Made by a program: the position numbers and the translations under genes
Notes under the pieces: generated by a model
The model's database searches: none
What the model saw: the letters and a program-made list of their open reading frames with translations, nothing else
What the model was told of the DNA's origin: nothing
Assembly: GCA_027031495.1 (NCBI GenBank)
Contig: JALVQA010000013.1
Span: forward strand, 5,714-69,713
From: Candidatus Moraniibacteriota bacterium
GTDB lineage: Bacteria > Patescibacteriota > Minisyncoccia > Moranbacterales > GCA-2747515
Direction of reading: 5' to 3'
Length of the DNA stretch: 64,000 nucleotides
In this document: positions 9,741 through 19,100 of the stretch, piece by piece
Position numbering within the stretch: the stretch's first letter is position 1
Layout of the letters: each line of letters opens with the position of its first letter

Positions 9741-10664
9741 TTAAAGAACGCTTCGCGCCACATCTTGCAAAATGCGCGCACTCTCACGAAGACGACGTTT
9801 TTCATCGTCGCTAAGATTAATGCACAACTTACCAAGCACGCCACCGCGCCCGACAACAACCGGCAAACTTAAGCATATATCGCTTACACCATATTCTCCT
9901 TCCATGAGATGTGAAACAGGTAGCACTGTTCGCTTGTTGTAGAGAATTGTTCTAACAAGATGTTCCGTTCCAGCGCCAATCGCATAGTATGTTGATTGCT
10001 TTCCTTCTATAATAGCGTATGCCGCATTACGCGCCCTTTGTGCAATATCTTCTTTTTCTTCTCGCGAAAGTTCCTCACATGTACCAAGTTTCATATTGCC
10101 AATCGCAGCCGTTGACCACAGTGCAAATTCGCTATCACCATGCTCACCAATCATATAGGCATGTACGCTCTTTGGGTTGATATTCATCTCTTCACCGATG
10201 AGGTGACGCAAACGTGCGCTATCAAGAATCGTTCCCGTGCCCATTATTTGATTCTTTTTGTCCGGATACATACTCACCGCAATATAGGTCAACACATCTA
10301 CAGGATTCGTCACCATTACGATAACGGCATGCGGATTTTTCTCAAAAATGCGCGGCACAATATCTTTTATAATCGCCGCGTTCTTTTGTACAAGATCCAA
10401 ACGCGTCTCGCCCGGCTTTTGCGCGGCACCACATGTAATAACAACAACACTGCTCTCTGCACAATCATCATACGTACCGACCTTTACCGTTGTAGCGCCG
10501 GCAAATGGTACTGCATGTTGCAGATCCATAACTTGTGATGCTACAAGCTTTTCATTGATATCAATGAGCGCGATCTCTTCCGCCGTATCTTTTAGAACAA
10601 GGCTGTACGCAGTTGTGGCGCCAACCATGCCGGCGCCAATAATTGTAACTTTGTTCTTATGCAT
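9741..10664 (-). CDS. ldh: L-lactate dehydrogenase
   Basis: 307 aa with an N-terminal GAGMVG Rossmann motif, the IGEHGDSE signature, and Q in the AAQKPGETRLDL substrate loop, which indicates lactate rather than malate specificity. Confidence 0.85.
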   Translation of the reverse strand: MHKNKVTIIGAGMVGATTAYSLVLKDTAEEIALIDINEKLVASQVMDLQHAVPFAGATTVKVGTYDDCAESSVVVITCGAAQKPGETRLDLVQKNAAIIKDIVPRIFEKNPHAVIVMVTNPVDVLTYIAVSMYPDKKNQIMGTGTILDSARLRHLIGEEMNINPKSVHAYMIGEHGDSEFALWSTAAIGNMKLGTCEELSREEKEDIAQRARNAAYAIIEGKQSTYYAIGAGTEHLVRTILYNKRTVLPVSHLMEGEYGVSDICLSLPVVVGRGGVLGKLCINLSDDEKRRLRESARILQDVARSVL

Positions 10665-10675
10665 ATTTTGAAATT

Positions 10676-11812
10676 TTAAAATAAGTGTAAAATATCACGA
10701 ACAGTAATAATTGCCATTAAGATAATAAGTGCTACGAAACTTATACCATGCACAACTGATTCCACATTTTTGTTAACAGGTTTTCCACCACGTAATTTCT
10801 CAATAAGGATAAAGAAAATGCGCCCACCATCAAGTGCCGGTAACGGCAAGATGTTAATGATAGCAAGATTGACGGAAAGAATAGCGGCGAAATGTGCAAG
10901 TTGTGCAAGACCAAGCGCAGCTACTTCGCCGGTCATCTTTGCAATACCGACAGGACCGGCCACATCAGCACTAAGACCAGCGCCTGTAAGTAGATTCCAA
11001 AAGAGCTCTGCCAGTCCCGTTGTAATGAGTACAAGATATGTCCACGTCTGATACGCTGCCCCGCCGATAATTTCAAGATTATTCAAATCAGCGATGCGTA
11101 CATTTGCAAGCTCAATCCCGAGAGCACCGTTTTTATCGGCATTTTCACCACCGCGCAGAACACCTTTTGTTGTAATTTCTTTGCCACCACGTCGCACGGT
11201 AATTTCTACTTCTTGCCCTTTGTGTGCCGACGTAAACTCAATAAACATGGCACTTCCTGTAATGGGCGCACAACCATTATCGGCACACGCTTTCAGAAGA
11301 ATATCCCCCATCTTTAAGCCCATCTCAGTTGCCGGTGAATGTGCATTGGCACCTGTTGTCTGCACTCGCGTAATTTGCACAAAACTATGTGGCGTTCCGT
11401 CCGGTACCGGCTCCGGCATGCCAAACGACAGCGCAACCGCAAATAATAGAAACGCTGTGATAACATTCATAACTACGCCGGCAACGAGAATTTTAAATCG
11501 CACCCATGCGCTCTGTGCAGCAAAACTGTCTGGATCCTTACTTGTACCATCTTCTCCTTTGATGCGCACAAAACCACCAAGCGGAATCCAGTTTAGTGAG
11601 AAAATCGTATTCTTGTATTTTTTCTTCTGCGTACGCCAAACAATCTCCCACTTCCCTTTGTCATTTTTTACAATGCCGACAATGCGCGGCGGAAAACCAA
11701 AGCCAAACTCGTGTGCCGTCACACCATTCCTAACTGCCGTTATGTAGTGACCAAACTCATGCACGAAAATTAACAGCGCCAAAACGGCAATAAAAATTAG
11801 AATCGTTGTCAT
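10676..11812 (-). CDS. rseP: Site-2 zinc metalloprotease (RseP/M50 family) with a PDZ domain
   Basis: 378 aa polytopic membrane protein with HEFGHY zinc motif and LDGG motif, and a central PDZ-like region. Confidence 0.85.
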   Translation of the reverse strand: MTTILIFIAVLALLIFVHEFGHYITAVRNGVTAHEFGFGFPPRIVGIVKNDKGKWEIVWRTQKKKYKNTIFSLNWIPLGGFVRIKGEDGTSKDPDSFAAQSAWVRFKILVAGVVMNVITAFLLFAVALSFGMPEPVPDGTPHSFVQITRVQTTGANAHSPATEMGLKMGDILLKACADNGCAPITGSAMFIEFTSAHKGQEVEITVRRGGKEITTKGVLRGGENADKNGALGIELANVRIADLNNLEIIGGAAYQTWTYLVLITTGLAELFWNLLTGAGLSADVAGPVGIAKMTGEVAALGLAQLAHFAAILSVNLAIINILPLPALDGGRIFFILIEKLRGGKPVNKNVESVVHGISFVALIILMAIITVRDILHLF

Positions 11813-11850
11813 ATTCTTTAGTAAATACAGTTATATATCATAGACCTCTC

Positions 11851-12408
11851 CTATACTGTCATAATCTCCTCTTCTTTTTCTTTGCGCAAGGACTCAATTT
11901 TTGCATTGTATTCATCAACAACCTCCTGCAAAGCGTCTTTGGCGCTGAATTTTTCATCTTCCGATATATCACCTACCTTTTCTGCTTCCTGAATTGCTTT
12001 CCATATATCCTCACGCACGTTCCGTACCGCCACACGCGCATCTTCTGCGCGACGTCCGAGTACCTTTACAAGTTCTTTGCGCTGCTCCTCAGTAAGGGCC
12101 GGCAACGTAATGCGAATTGTTGCGCCATCATTATTTGGTTGCACACCAATATTCGCCGCCTTAATCGCTTTTTCAATAGCCGGGAGCATACTGTTATCCC
12201 ACGGAGCAATCAGCAACTGACGCGGTTCCGGTACAGAAATATTTGCAATCTGTTTGAGTGGCATCATCGCACCATACGATTCAACTTTTATATCTTCCAC
12301 AAGCATCGGTGTTGCGCGCCCGGTGCGAATGCGCATCATCTCTCTTTTGAAATGCTCAATAGCATTGTTAAACTGTTCTCTTTTTTCTTCAATTAATTCT
12401 TTGTACAT
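11851..12408 (-). CDS. frr: Ribosome recycling factor
   Basis: 185 aa with typical RRF length and sequence (LPALTEEQRKELVK...). Confidence 0.9.
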   Translation of the reverse strand: MYKELIEEKREQFNNAIEHFKREMMRIRTGRATPMLVEDIKVESYGAMMPLKQIANISVPEPRQLLIAPWDNSMLPAIEKAIKAANIGVQPNNDGATIRITLPALTEEQRKELVKVLGRRAEDARVAVRNVREDIWKAIQEAEKVGDISEDEKFSAKDALQEVVDEYNAKIESLRKEKEEEIMTV

Positions 12409-12426
12409 ACTACTTCCTTACTAAAT

Positions 12427-13509
12427 CTACTTACTTGACTTTGTGCCAATATAAATAATGTTTTCATCAACTGTATCGTATTGTATCACAGATGCGGCAC
12501 GCGATGCACTGATTTGTACCGGCGTCCACTTTGTCATTGTATCGTCAGAGCGATAAAGCAAGCGTCCGATACTGTATATAATCTGGTGTGTGTTATGTGG
12601 ATTGACGGCAATCGCTTTGACAGGGATTTTTTCCTGCGACTTGATAATATCAAGTTCGCGCCATGTCACACCATAATCATCACTGCGATAAATCCCGCTG
12701 TCTGTACCAACATACACGACGCCCGGCGTACGAGGATCTGTCTCCAACGAATAAACACTCGTCGACCGCCGATGGCGCACTGCCGTAACAGACTTATCCG
12801 TGCCGGCGAGTTTGCGTGTAAAATCCTGCACGTCTTTGCCAGCGGTACGTGTCTTGAGAAGCCCTTTTTTGTAGAGTGCAAAATACACCGTCTGAGGATC
12901 TTGTACATCAAATGCGATTTTTATCACAGGACCACGTGCTTTGTATACATCTGCCCACGTCTTGCCACCATCCGTCGTTTTGATAATAAGACCGGTACTC
13001 ATACCGACATAGAGCACATTCTGATCACTGGGCTCCATTGCAAGAGCTGTAATCACGGCCTTTTTTACAGGTTCCGTATAAATTTCCTCCCACTCTTCAC
13101 CGCCATCAACGCTTTTGTAGACACGCGCAAGCCCCTGATAAACGCCTGTTGCGTAAATTGTTTGTGCATCATCCACAGCAATGCCATACACACGCTCTGG
13201 CGCAAAGTTAATCGCATGCCAGCTCTCGCCAGCATCATCTGTCATAAAAATACCCTTTTTACGCGTACCGATATAGATCTTTTTTGGATCTTGTGCGCTG
13301 TGTGTCATGGAGAGAATATCAACACCGGCAATAGATTCATCCTTTTTACCGACACGTGGCTCAAATGTTTCACCACCATCAATTGACATCAAAAAACTGC
13401 CGGCTGTAGAACTGCCTTTACCACAGCCACTCAGCAAACCACCGGCAACAATGACTACGAGAGCAAAAAACACACCACGCCTGCAAAAAGTAAAGATTTG
13501 CTTATACAT
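12427..13509 (-). CDS. Lipoprotein with BNR/Asp-box (sialidase-like, Ycf48-like beta-propeller) repeats
   Basis: 360 aa with a signal peptide and LSGC lipobox, and at least six S/TxDxGxxW-type repeats (SIDGGETFE, TDDAGESW, SVDGGEEW, TDGGKTW, DDYGVTW, SDDTMTKW). Confidence 0.6.
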   Translation of the reverse strand: MYKQIFTFCRRGVFFALVVIVAGGLLSGCGKGSSTAGSFLMSIDGGETFEPRVGKKDESIAGVDILSMTHSAQDPKKIYIGTRKKGIFMTDDAGESWHAINFAPERVYGIAVDDAQTIYATGVYQGLARVYKSVDGGEEWEEIYTEPVKKAVITALAMEPSDQNVLYVGMSTGLIIKTTDGGKTWADVYKARGPVIKIAFDVQDPQTVYFALYKKGLLKTRTAGKDVQDFTRKLAGTDKSVTAVRHRRSTSVYSLETDPRTPGVVYVGTDSGIYRSDDYGVTWRELDIIKSQEKIPVKAIAVNPHNTHQIIYSIGRLLYRSDDTMTKWTPVQISASRAASVIQYDTVDENIIYIGTKSSK

Positions 13510-13713
13510 AATTTATAATTTTTACGACTTTTGTTGCCCGCAAGACAGTATTTGGTTACTTTACATATACAGTAATAGTACCATATATTCTTTTTGCTGT
13601 CTTGTTTGTTTACATATGCACAGACATTTTTTTGCATAAATAAAAAGATGCGCCTAAAAACGCACCTCTTTACAATTTTACAATAAATTCATTTTAGCAA
13701 TAGCACTATTATC

Positions 13714-14520
13714 CTATTTTCCAATAATAAGAGCATTCCACATATCACGCAGATATTCCATCGGATACTTGATAGAATTATCGTCATTATCACCCGTTGA
13801 ATTTGAAGTAATTTCCAAAAACTCGTTATCAAAGAAAGCGTTACCATCTTCAGCATTTCTAAAATGAAAAACTAACTCATACTTTTGAACATCAATAGGG
13901 TTTCCATTTTTTGAGAATATTGTTTCCTTTACAACACGTCTTACGCTCTCAAATTCTATAGAGAAAACTTGTCCCAACCGGTCACTGTACACATTGACAG
14001 TATGATATTTTTGAAGTTCCCTGTACTGGTTTGGCGTAACACGTGTTATAAGGCGTGTGCCACTATTGGCAAACATGGAAAAGAGAGTATCTCCTGTATT
14101 CACGGAAGAATCTTTTACTTTTGGAACTTCATCAATAACGCCGTCTTGCGGAACGTAGATTTTGTAATTATCAAGCAAATTATTTAAAATGCTTATTTCC
14201 GTTCGTGCAGAAACATTTTCCTCTGCAAATTCTTCAAGTGTAGCAATACGCTCTCTTATTTTTGTCGCATCAATAAGCACTGCAAGTTCACCCCTCTTTA
14301 CATGCTGACCAGAAGATACAAGAATTTCCTTAATTTTCCCAGAAACCTCAGAAGAAACTGAAACATTTTTTTTATCAACATAAAAGAATATTGGGCTACC
14401 AATTGTTTGAAGTGTATTCATCTTTCGTGCAAGTGCCTGCGTTGACACAAAAAGGACAAATAAAAAGATGAGGATAAAGGCGAAAACATTGAAAAGCGCT
14501 TCTTTTAAATTTTTATTCAT
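13714..14520 (-). CDS. HlyD-family periplasmic adaptor (membrane-fusion protein)-like
   Basis: 268 aa with an N-terminal TM anchor and a biotin-lipoyl-like hairpin (VSGKIKEILVSSGQHVKRGELAVLID). Confidence 0.55.
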   Translation of the reverse strand: MNKNLKEALFNVFAFILIFLFVLFVSTQALARKMNTLQTIGSPIFFYVDKKNVSVSSEVSGKIKEILVSSGQHVKRGELAVLIDATKIRERIATLEEFAEENVSARTEISILNNLLDNYKIYVPQDGVIDEVPKVKDSSVNTGDTLFSMFANSGTRLITRVTPNQYRELQKYHTVNVYSDRLGQVFSIEFESVRRVVKETIFSKNGNPIDVQKYELVFHFRNAEDGNAFFDNEFLEITSNSTGDNDDNSIKYPMEYLRDMWNALIIGK

Positions 14521-14548
14521 AGTAATAGAATACTTATTTGTAAATCGT

Positions 14549-14956
14549 TTACTTAAACCTCCCTCTCAAGAGAAATGAACCGAGGAGAAAAATTGTAATG
14601 ACAACCCATATAGAATTAAAAAATGTTGACCAAAATTCCGGTGGGTTATACCACCCAATTACAAGACTTGTAAATGACAGCAGAATAATAAGCATATGTG
14701 GCCAAATCCACTTCATAATGGGATCAATGTTACTTCTTCTTGATGTTGTTGCGATCCACCTCTCCTCCGTATTAAAAATAACAGAAAAAAGTCCCATAAG
14801 GTAAGGATAAAAACTAGCATACGCTGTTGCCATAGTGGATAAACGCATAGCCTGTCCTAAAAGGAGCCATGTAAGAGAAAAATAAAGAAAAAAGAACGGG
14901 AGGTAATGAACAAAATACCAGAGACACTTGTTTATTATTTGACAAGTGTGCAGCAT
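14549..14956 (-). CDS. Small polytopic membrane protein (about 4 TM helices), hypothetical
   Basis: 135-aa hydrophobic ORF directly upstream (minus strand) of the HlyD-like gene. Confidence 0.4.
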   Translation of the reverse strand: MLHTCQIINKCLWYFVHYLPFFFLYFSLTWLLLGQAMRLSTMATAYASFYPYLMGLFSVIFNTEERWIATTSRRSNIDPIMKWIWPHMLIILLSFTSLVIGWYNPPEFWSTFFNSIWVVITIFLLGSFLLRGRFK

Positions 14957-15060
14957 TTTTGATAAAAAAAGTAACCTATTTGAATACTTTTTATTCTTAG
15001 TGCTTTTTAGTACGGCGCCATACCACTAGAACACCGTGGCAAATAAACATTCTCAATACA

Positions 15061-15089
15061 TTGACTTATGCACACAAAAATGCTACGAT
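15061..15089 (+). promoter_or_regulatory. Candidate sigma70-type promoter for tRNA-Lys
   Basis: TTGACT (15061-15066), a 17-nt spacer, then TACGAT (15084-15089), about 46 nt upstream of the tRNA. Confidence 0.35.
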
Positions 15090-15135
15090 GGCAATCAGTT
15101 ACAACCACTTACACGTTGTCACTTTCAAAATACAT

Positions 15136-15208
15136 GGGCGCATAGCTCAGTCGGTAGAGCAACGGCCTTTTAAGCCGATGGTCGGGGGTTCGAATCCCTC
15201 TGCGCCCA
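15136..15208 (+). tRNA. tRNA-Lys (anticodon UUU)
   Basis: 73-nt cloverleaf with acceptor GGGCGCA/UGCGCCC, D-arm GCTCAGTCGGTAGAGC, anticodon loop cuUUUaa, T-arm GGTTCGAATCC. No CCA is encoded. Confidence 0.9.
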
Positions 15209-15832
15209 CAAAGAAATAAAAACAAGCTCTTGGCTTGTTTTTTAATTATCAATGCTATAAACGCGGTAGTTTATACCTGACTTCACTATTCTTCAGAGGA
15301 ATATAACACTTTACTACTTGCTGTTATCAACCATCACCGCGTTTGAATTTGACATAGATAAATCTGATATCAGCTTACTTAATTTTACCTTACTGCTCCA
15401 TACATTCTAAAAACTTGCCGACAATGACAAGATGTTTATCACTGTCTTTAACTACGACTACATCGTCGTCGGAAGGAATAGCTCTCCTATGGGAATTAAA
15501 AACTCTATAAACCTTCAAAATTCTTGAAAAGCTTAATAAAGCGACTGAGAGAATGCTACTCCCTCAGTCAAAACGTTACTCCACGAGCAAATCCTTTTGC
15601 TCGTGGAAAAAATTTACCCTTCCAAAATCTCCTTCCATGAAGATTGGAAGGGCTTACCAATGACCTTCTTGTCATAGACCAGAGCGTGAGAGCATCAATC
15701 AACCTCCTCAAGGTCGCTCCGTCTGCCCCACGCCCATGAACAAGCACGGCGGAGGGGCTTAGCGCCGATAACTCATCCTCTAAGAGCATCCCTTGCAGAA
15801 AGGAATGCTCTAAATGAATAAGATGGCTACAA

Positions 15833-16966
15833 TCACCACCTATCGGTAGTGATTCCACCGCGAGATGCCGGGTCATTCGGGTCTGGGATATCATACTCTC
15901 TATTGAATATGACTTTCTCTCCCATTGTGGCACATACCCTTATGGTTGTGCCTGAGCCGAAATAAAGGTCCCGATAGCCACCAGCGGGTCTATACCCGTC
16001 AGCGCTCTCGTTGCGAAAGTGATTTCTAACAAATCTTATAGAATCACTTTCCCTTTCGGTTACCTCTACGGACCACTGCTCCCGGGGGATTTCAATCTCT
16101 TCAACTTTTTCCCCCACTGCTACAAAGGTATCAGTGGTTACTTTCAGGACAACATCAAACTTTTCGTCCCTGAAAGTTGTGCCGGCAGGTAACAACTTGC
16201 GCTGTTGTACCTTTTTTTCCATAAAAGCTTTTACGGGAATGTCAATGGAGACATCCTTTCCGTAAACTTTTCTTTTTACTGACTCAGTTTCAATTCTAAC
16301 CTCGTCAGCAATTAGAAATGTTTCATCCTCAGCAGGTCTCCCATAGGAAGCAACCGCCTTTGCGGCGATGTATTCTTCGAGCTGAGAATTACCCACTTTC
16401 CCATCAAAAATAACCTCGGTCGTTTTTGCTGGGGAGAACATCGCCCTTTCCTCAAGGAAAGTGACTGGACCAATATCAAGACTTATCGATCCGTCCATCT
16501 CCCCCTTTGGATCTGGTTTGACCCTAATGTCATAAATATGCGCATCAATCACATGGATGCACCTCTTGGCATCATATCTGCCGGCAGCAAGAATGATTTT
16601 TTCATCATCATTTACCTCCAGCACGATATCCTCCGGAACAAATATCTGACTATTCTCCATGTCAGGAATAATGTCCCCAGACGCCACCATTTCATCTATG
16701 CCATGGTGGCTACTATATCTTATGAGATGTTCCGGATCTATCTTTACCGTCCTTGGTTGAATGACTTCAGCAACCCGCGCTATAACAACCTTGTCAAGTT
16801 CGCGAATTACCTCTAAAACAACCTTGCAATTTGCATGGTTGTTTTTTAGCACGTCCATACCACCGGACACGATAATCCATTTATCATGCCTTCTTTTGAT
16901 AATGCAGTCCCTTGCATTTTTTTTGCTCGGGCTCAACTCCGAGATTTTAAAAATCAGTTCTTTCAT
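15833..16966 (-). CDS. Hypothetical 377-aa cytoplasmic protein of unknown function
   Basis: Long ORF with a GGAG ribosome-binding site 7 nt before the second ATG (MKELIFKIS...); an upstream ATG at 16984 is also possible. No family recognised; there is a C-terminal RFVRNH (R-x4-H) motif. Confidence 0.6.
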   Translation of the reverse strand: MKELIFKISELSPSKKNARDCIIKRRHDKWIIVSGGMDVLKNNHANCKVVLEVIRELDKVVIARVAEVIQPRTVKIDPEHLIRYSSHHGIDEMVASGDIIPDMENSQIFVPEDIVLEVNDDEKIILAAGRYDAKRCIHVIDAHIYDIRVKPDPKGEMDGSISLDIGPVTFLEERAMFSPAKTTEVIFDGKVGNSQLEEYIAAKAVASYGRPAEDETFLIADEVRIETESVKRKVYGKDVSIDIPVKAFMEKKVQQRKLLPAGTTFRDEKFDVVLKVTTDTFVAVGEKVEEIEIPREQWSVEVTERESDSIRFVRNHFRNESADGYRPAGGYRDLYFGSGTTIRVCATMGEKVIFNREYDIPDPNDPASRGGITTDRW

Positions 16967-17079
16967 CTTTACTCCCTGCGCCATGGACGGCGCGTTGAGG
17001 TTGAACCACTACCCTCCATGAGAGGGTAGACTAGACGTCTATGTGCCCGCAACTTGGAAAGTTGCCGGCACAATAAAAG

Positions 17080-17125
17080 TCCCGAGCAAGTGATGTCACC
17101 ACAACATCACCGCTCGGGAAAAAAG
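17080..17125 (-). terminator. Terminator-like hairpin downstream of the DUF1874-like ORF
   Basis: Stem tcccgagc ... gctcggga with an inner stem gtgatgt/acatcac, followed on the minus strand by CTTTTATT. Confidence 0.3.
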
Positions 17126-17233
17126 TGTTTTTTATGTCGTTACCGACTTTCGGGGAACCACCCCTGCGCACGGAACACTAACCGCACGCCCGTGGATAGC
17201 CGCCACGGACTTGGATTGCCTCGCCGGCGACGG

Positions 17234-17548
17234 TTAGGAAACCGTCACGAGGTACCACTTAATGGTGGCACCCTCCGGAAGGCTGGTTGCACCTTCCAGC
17301 AGACGAGGGCCGCGATACTGGCCCACCAGCACCGCCTCGCCTTTCTCAAGGGAGACGGTTACACGCTGGCAAGGCACAGCAACGCCGAGCTGCTCACCAA
17401 GGACGGCGGCAGTCTCGGCGTGACCGACGGCAGAGTCGAAACCCTGCGCGACGGCCTCGCGAGCCTCGTCAAGCGAGACCTCCTTGATCATGACTGACGC
17501 CGGAAAAGACGCCAGCATGTTCAAAGAAAAAGCGTTGAGCAGTTTCAT
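17234..17548 (-). CDS. Small GC-rich ORF resembling DUF1874 (viral AcrIII-1 / host Crn2 cyclic-tetraadenylate ring nuclease family) - tentative
   Basis: 104 aa (MKLLNAFSLNMLASFP ... AVGHAETAAV ... RVTVSLEKGEAVLVGQ...) with a GGAGGA ribosome-binding site 8 nt upstream. The N-terminal NAFSxNML-type motif and a mid-protein His recall the STIV B116 / SIRV1 gp29 family, but this is from memory. One 60-nt stretch counts 70% GC versus about 43% in the neighbouring gene. Confidence 0.45.
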   Translation of the reverse strand: MKLLNAFSLNMLASFPASVMIKEVSLDEAREAVAQGFDSAVGHAETAAVLGEQLGVAVPCQRVTVSLEKGEAVLVGQYRGPRLLEGATSLPEGATIKWYLVTVS

Positions 17549-17599
17549 CGCTCAACTCCTCCGGATTAACGCACCGGGGAACAGGTTCTTATTGTACTC

Positions 17600-19100
17600 G
17601 TTCATACATCACTGCATAAACGAGCGGTCACCAATGACCGACCACTTCACTCTTGGGTAACCAAGAGCTTATAGGCCTTTTTCAAACCTGTACTTTCGCG
17701 TCCGCAATTCACCAAGGCTTGCGGAGGCCCAAATTTGCCACTCTTCCGAGCGGCACGGTGTAGACAAAGCAAGGAGGAATCCTTTGTCCACACGGTGTCG
17801 CCAAGAAGAATTTGTGCGATTGGTTCTGAGAGGTCTGTACTCTCTACCTCCACGCGAGAGGGTTTCTCGTGGGAAGGATAAAGAGGGGGAGAAGTGTGCA
17901 CCACACGCTTCTCCCCGAAATAACCATGCGTGATTTTTTGTTATCCCCCCTCACGCTGGGGGCTTCCCGCTAGGCAGCTTGTTGTTTCTGCCTAGCGAGA
18001 AAAATCAGTTGGGCGGCACGGTGGTGCCGGGTGGCACCCCCGCGATTATTAAGGAAGCGCTGGGCCGTATTCGGCCCAGCTTCCTTTAAAATCTTTTCAA
18101 CCTTGCGCTCAATCCACGTTTTTTGCATATTCTCTCCCTCCCCATTAACTGAGGAGGGCCTCGTTTTGCCCCTCGCCGTGCGGGGCGTTTAATGTGTCCA
18201 ACGGGCGGCGAACTCCCGTTGGAAGAATTCTGTGCTCTCACCCGAGAGCGCTGTGGAGGCAATGCGTGTTGTCTCTACAGCGCTATGGGTGAAAGATTAA
18301 GTTGTTAAAGAGTCCCTCCACCAGGCAACGCTGCGTGCTGTCTGTGTGGGAGAGTCCCGTTTCGTGAGGGAACCGTAACTGGCGAATTTGTACGCCAGTG
18401 AACTGGGGGAAACGCAAAGGGATTGTTATATGACTTCTCTCCCCCTTTCCCCGCAGATCACTGCCACACAAAGCGTCAGTGCTTCTTTGGTAGGTGTCTT
18501 TTCTGCTTTTGGAGCGACCTTTTAGAGTGGCTCACGGCATGAGTGTGTGATACAAAAAAGCGATCGGGAGACGTCCTCTCATGTAATCGTTACCTGCACA
18601 CTGCAGATATTTCTCATCATAAGAAGAGATCTCCCGATCGCTCTGTTATTGACAACGGCCACCTAATGCGCCCGCGTCGTGCTTTCCTGTAGTAAATCAG
18701 AAAGACTCTCTCCTCGCCTGTCACACATCTCGTGTGATTTCTCTCATTACACTGCCTAAAGTGTAGTGAGAGAAGTTTTTTGCAATAAATTGTCTAAAAG
18801 AACGTGCCCTCAGTCCGTGTCCGTGTCTATCTCAGTGTGAGCTTATAATAGCACACATCCACATCTGTGTCAATACCCTTACTGGAGATTTCTGTGTGCT
18901 ATCACTACTTCTGACACGCACTCTATACTACCCTTCATTACTGTACTGGTGAGAGTATAGCACATATATATTATCATGTCAAGTACTTTAGGCATATCTT
19001 TTGTATCGCGCTTTTGATTGGGTGCGTACGTGATGAAGTTGTCAATACCTGCCGTTTTTATCATCTCTACACAAGCGCCGTGCACTGTGCTATAATCAGT
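17600..19100. other. ORF-poor, hairpin-dense, GC-enriched region: candidate large structured ncRNA or degraded mobile-element remnant (class unknown)
   Basis: About 1.5 kb with no ORF over 85 aa on any frame in otherwise gene-dense DNA, and many perfect stem-loops (17970-17995, 18053-18084, about 18135-18165, about 18200-18225). There is a 12-bp perfect long-range complement (18559-18570 with 18631-18642). Confidence 0.25.

Noticed and set aside
11094-11747. 217-aa plus-strand ORF antisense to rseP
   Set aside because: No motifs; the rseP frame has HEFGH, PDZ and LDGG.
12481-13386. 301-aa plus-strand ORF antisense to the BNR-repeat lipoprotein gene
   Set aside because: Cys/His/Arg-rich with no motifs; the minus-strand frame has a lipobox signal peptide and six Asp-box repeats.
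15568-15933. 121-aa minus-strand ORF overlapping the 3' end of the 377-aa gene by about 100 nt
   Set aside because: Out-of-frame overlap; its C-terminal half coincides with three consecutive perfect hairpins (15560-15660) that look like a 3' UTR/terminator array rather than coding sequence; no recognisable domain.
17054-17497. 147-aa plus-strand ORF (R/P/G-rich) antisense to the DUF1874-like ORF
   Set aside because: It lies in about 70%-GC DNA where stop codons are rare. It has low-complexity Arg/Pro composition (... RRQSRRDRRQSRNPARRPREPRQARPP in the overlapping frame) and no ribosome-binding site. The opposite-strand ORF has a strong ribosome-binding site and a family-like sequence.
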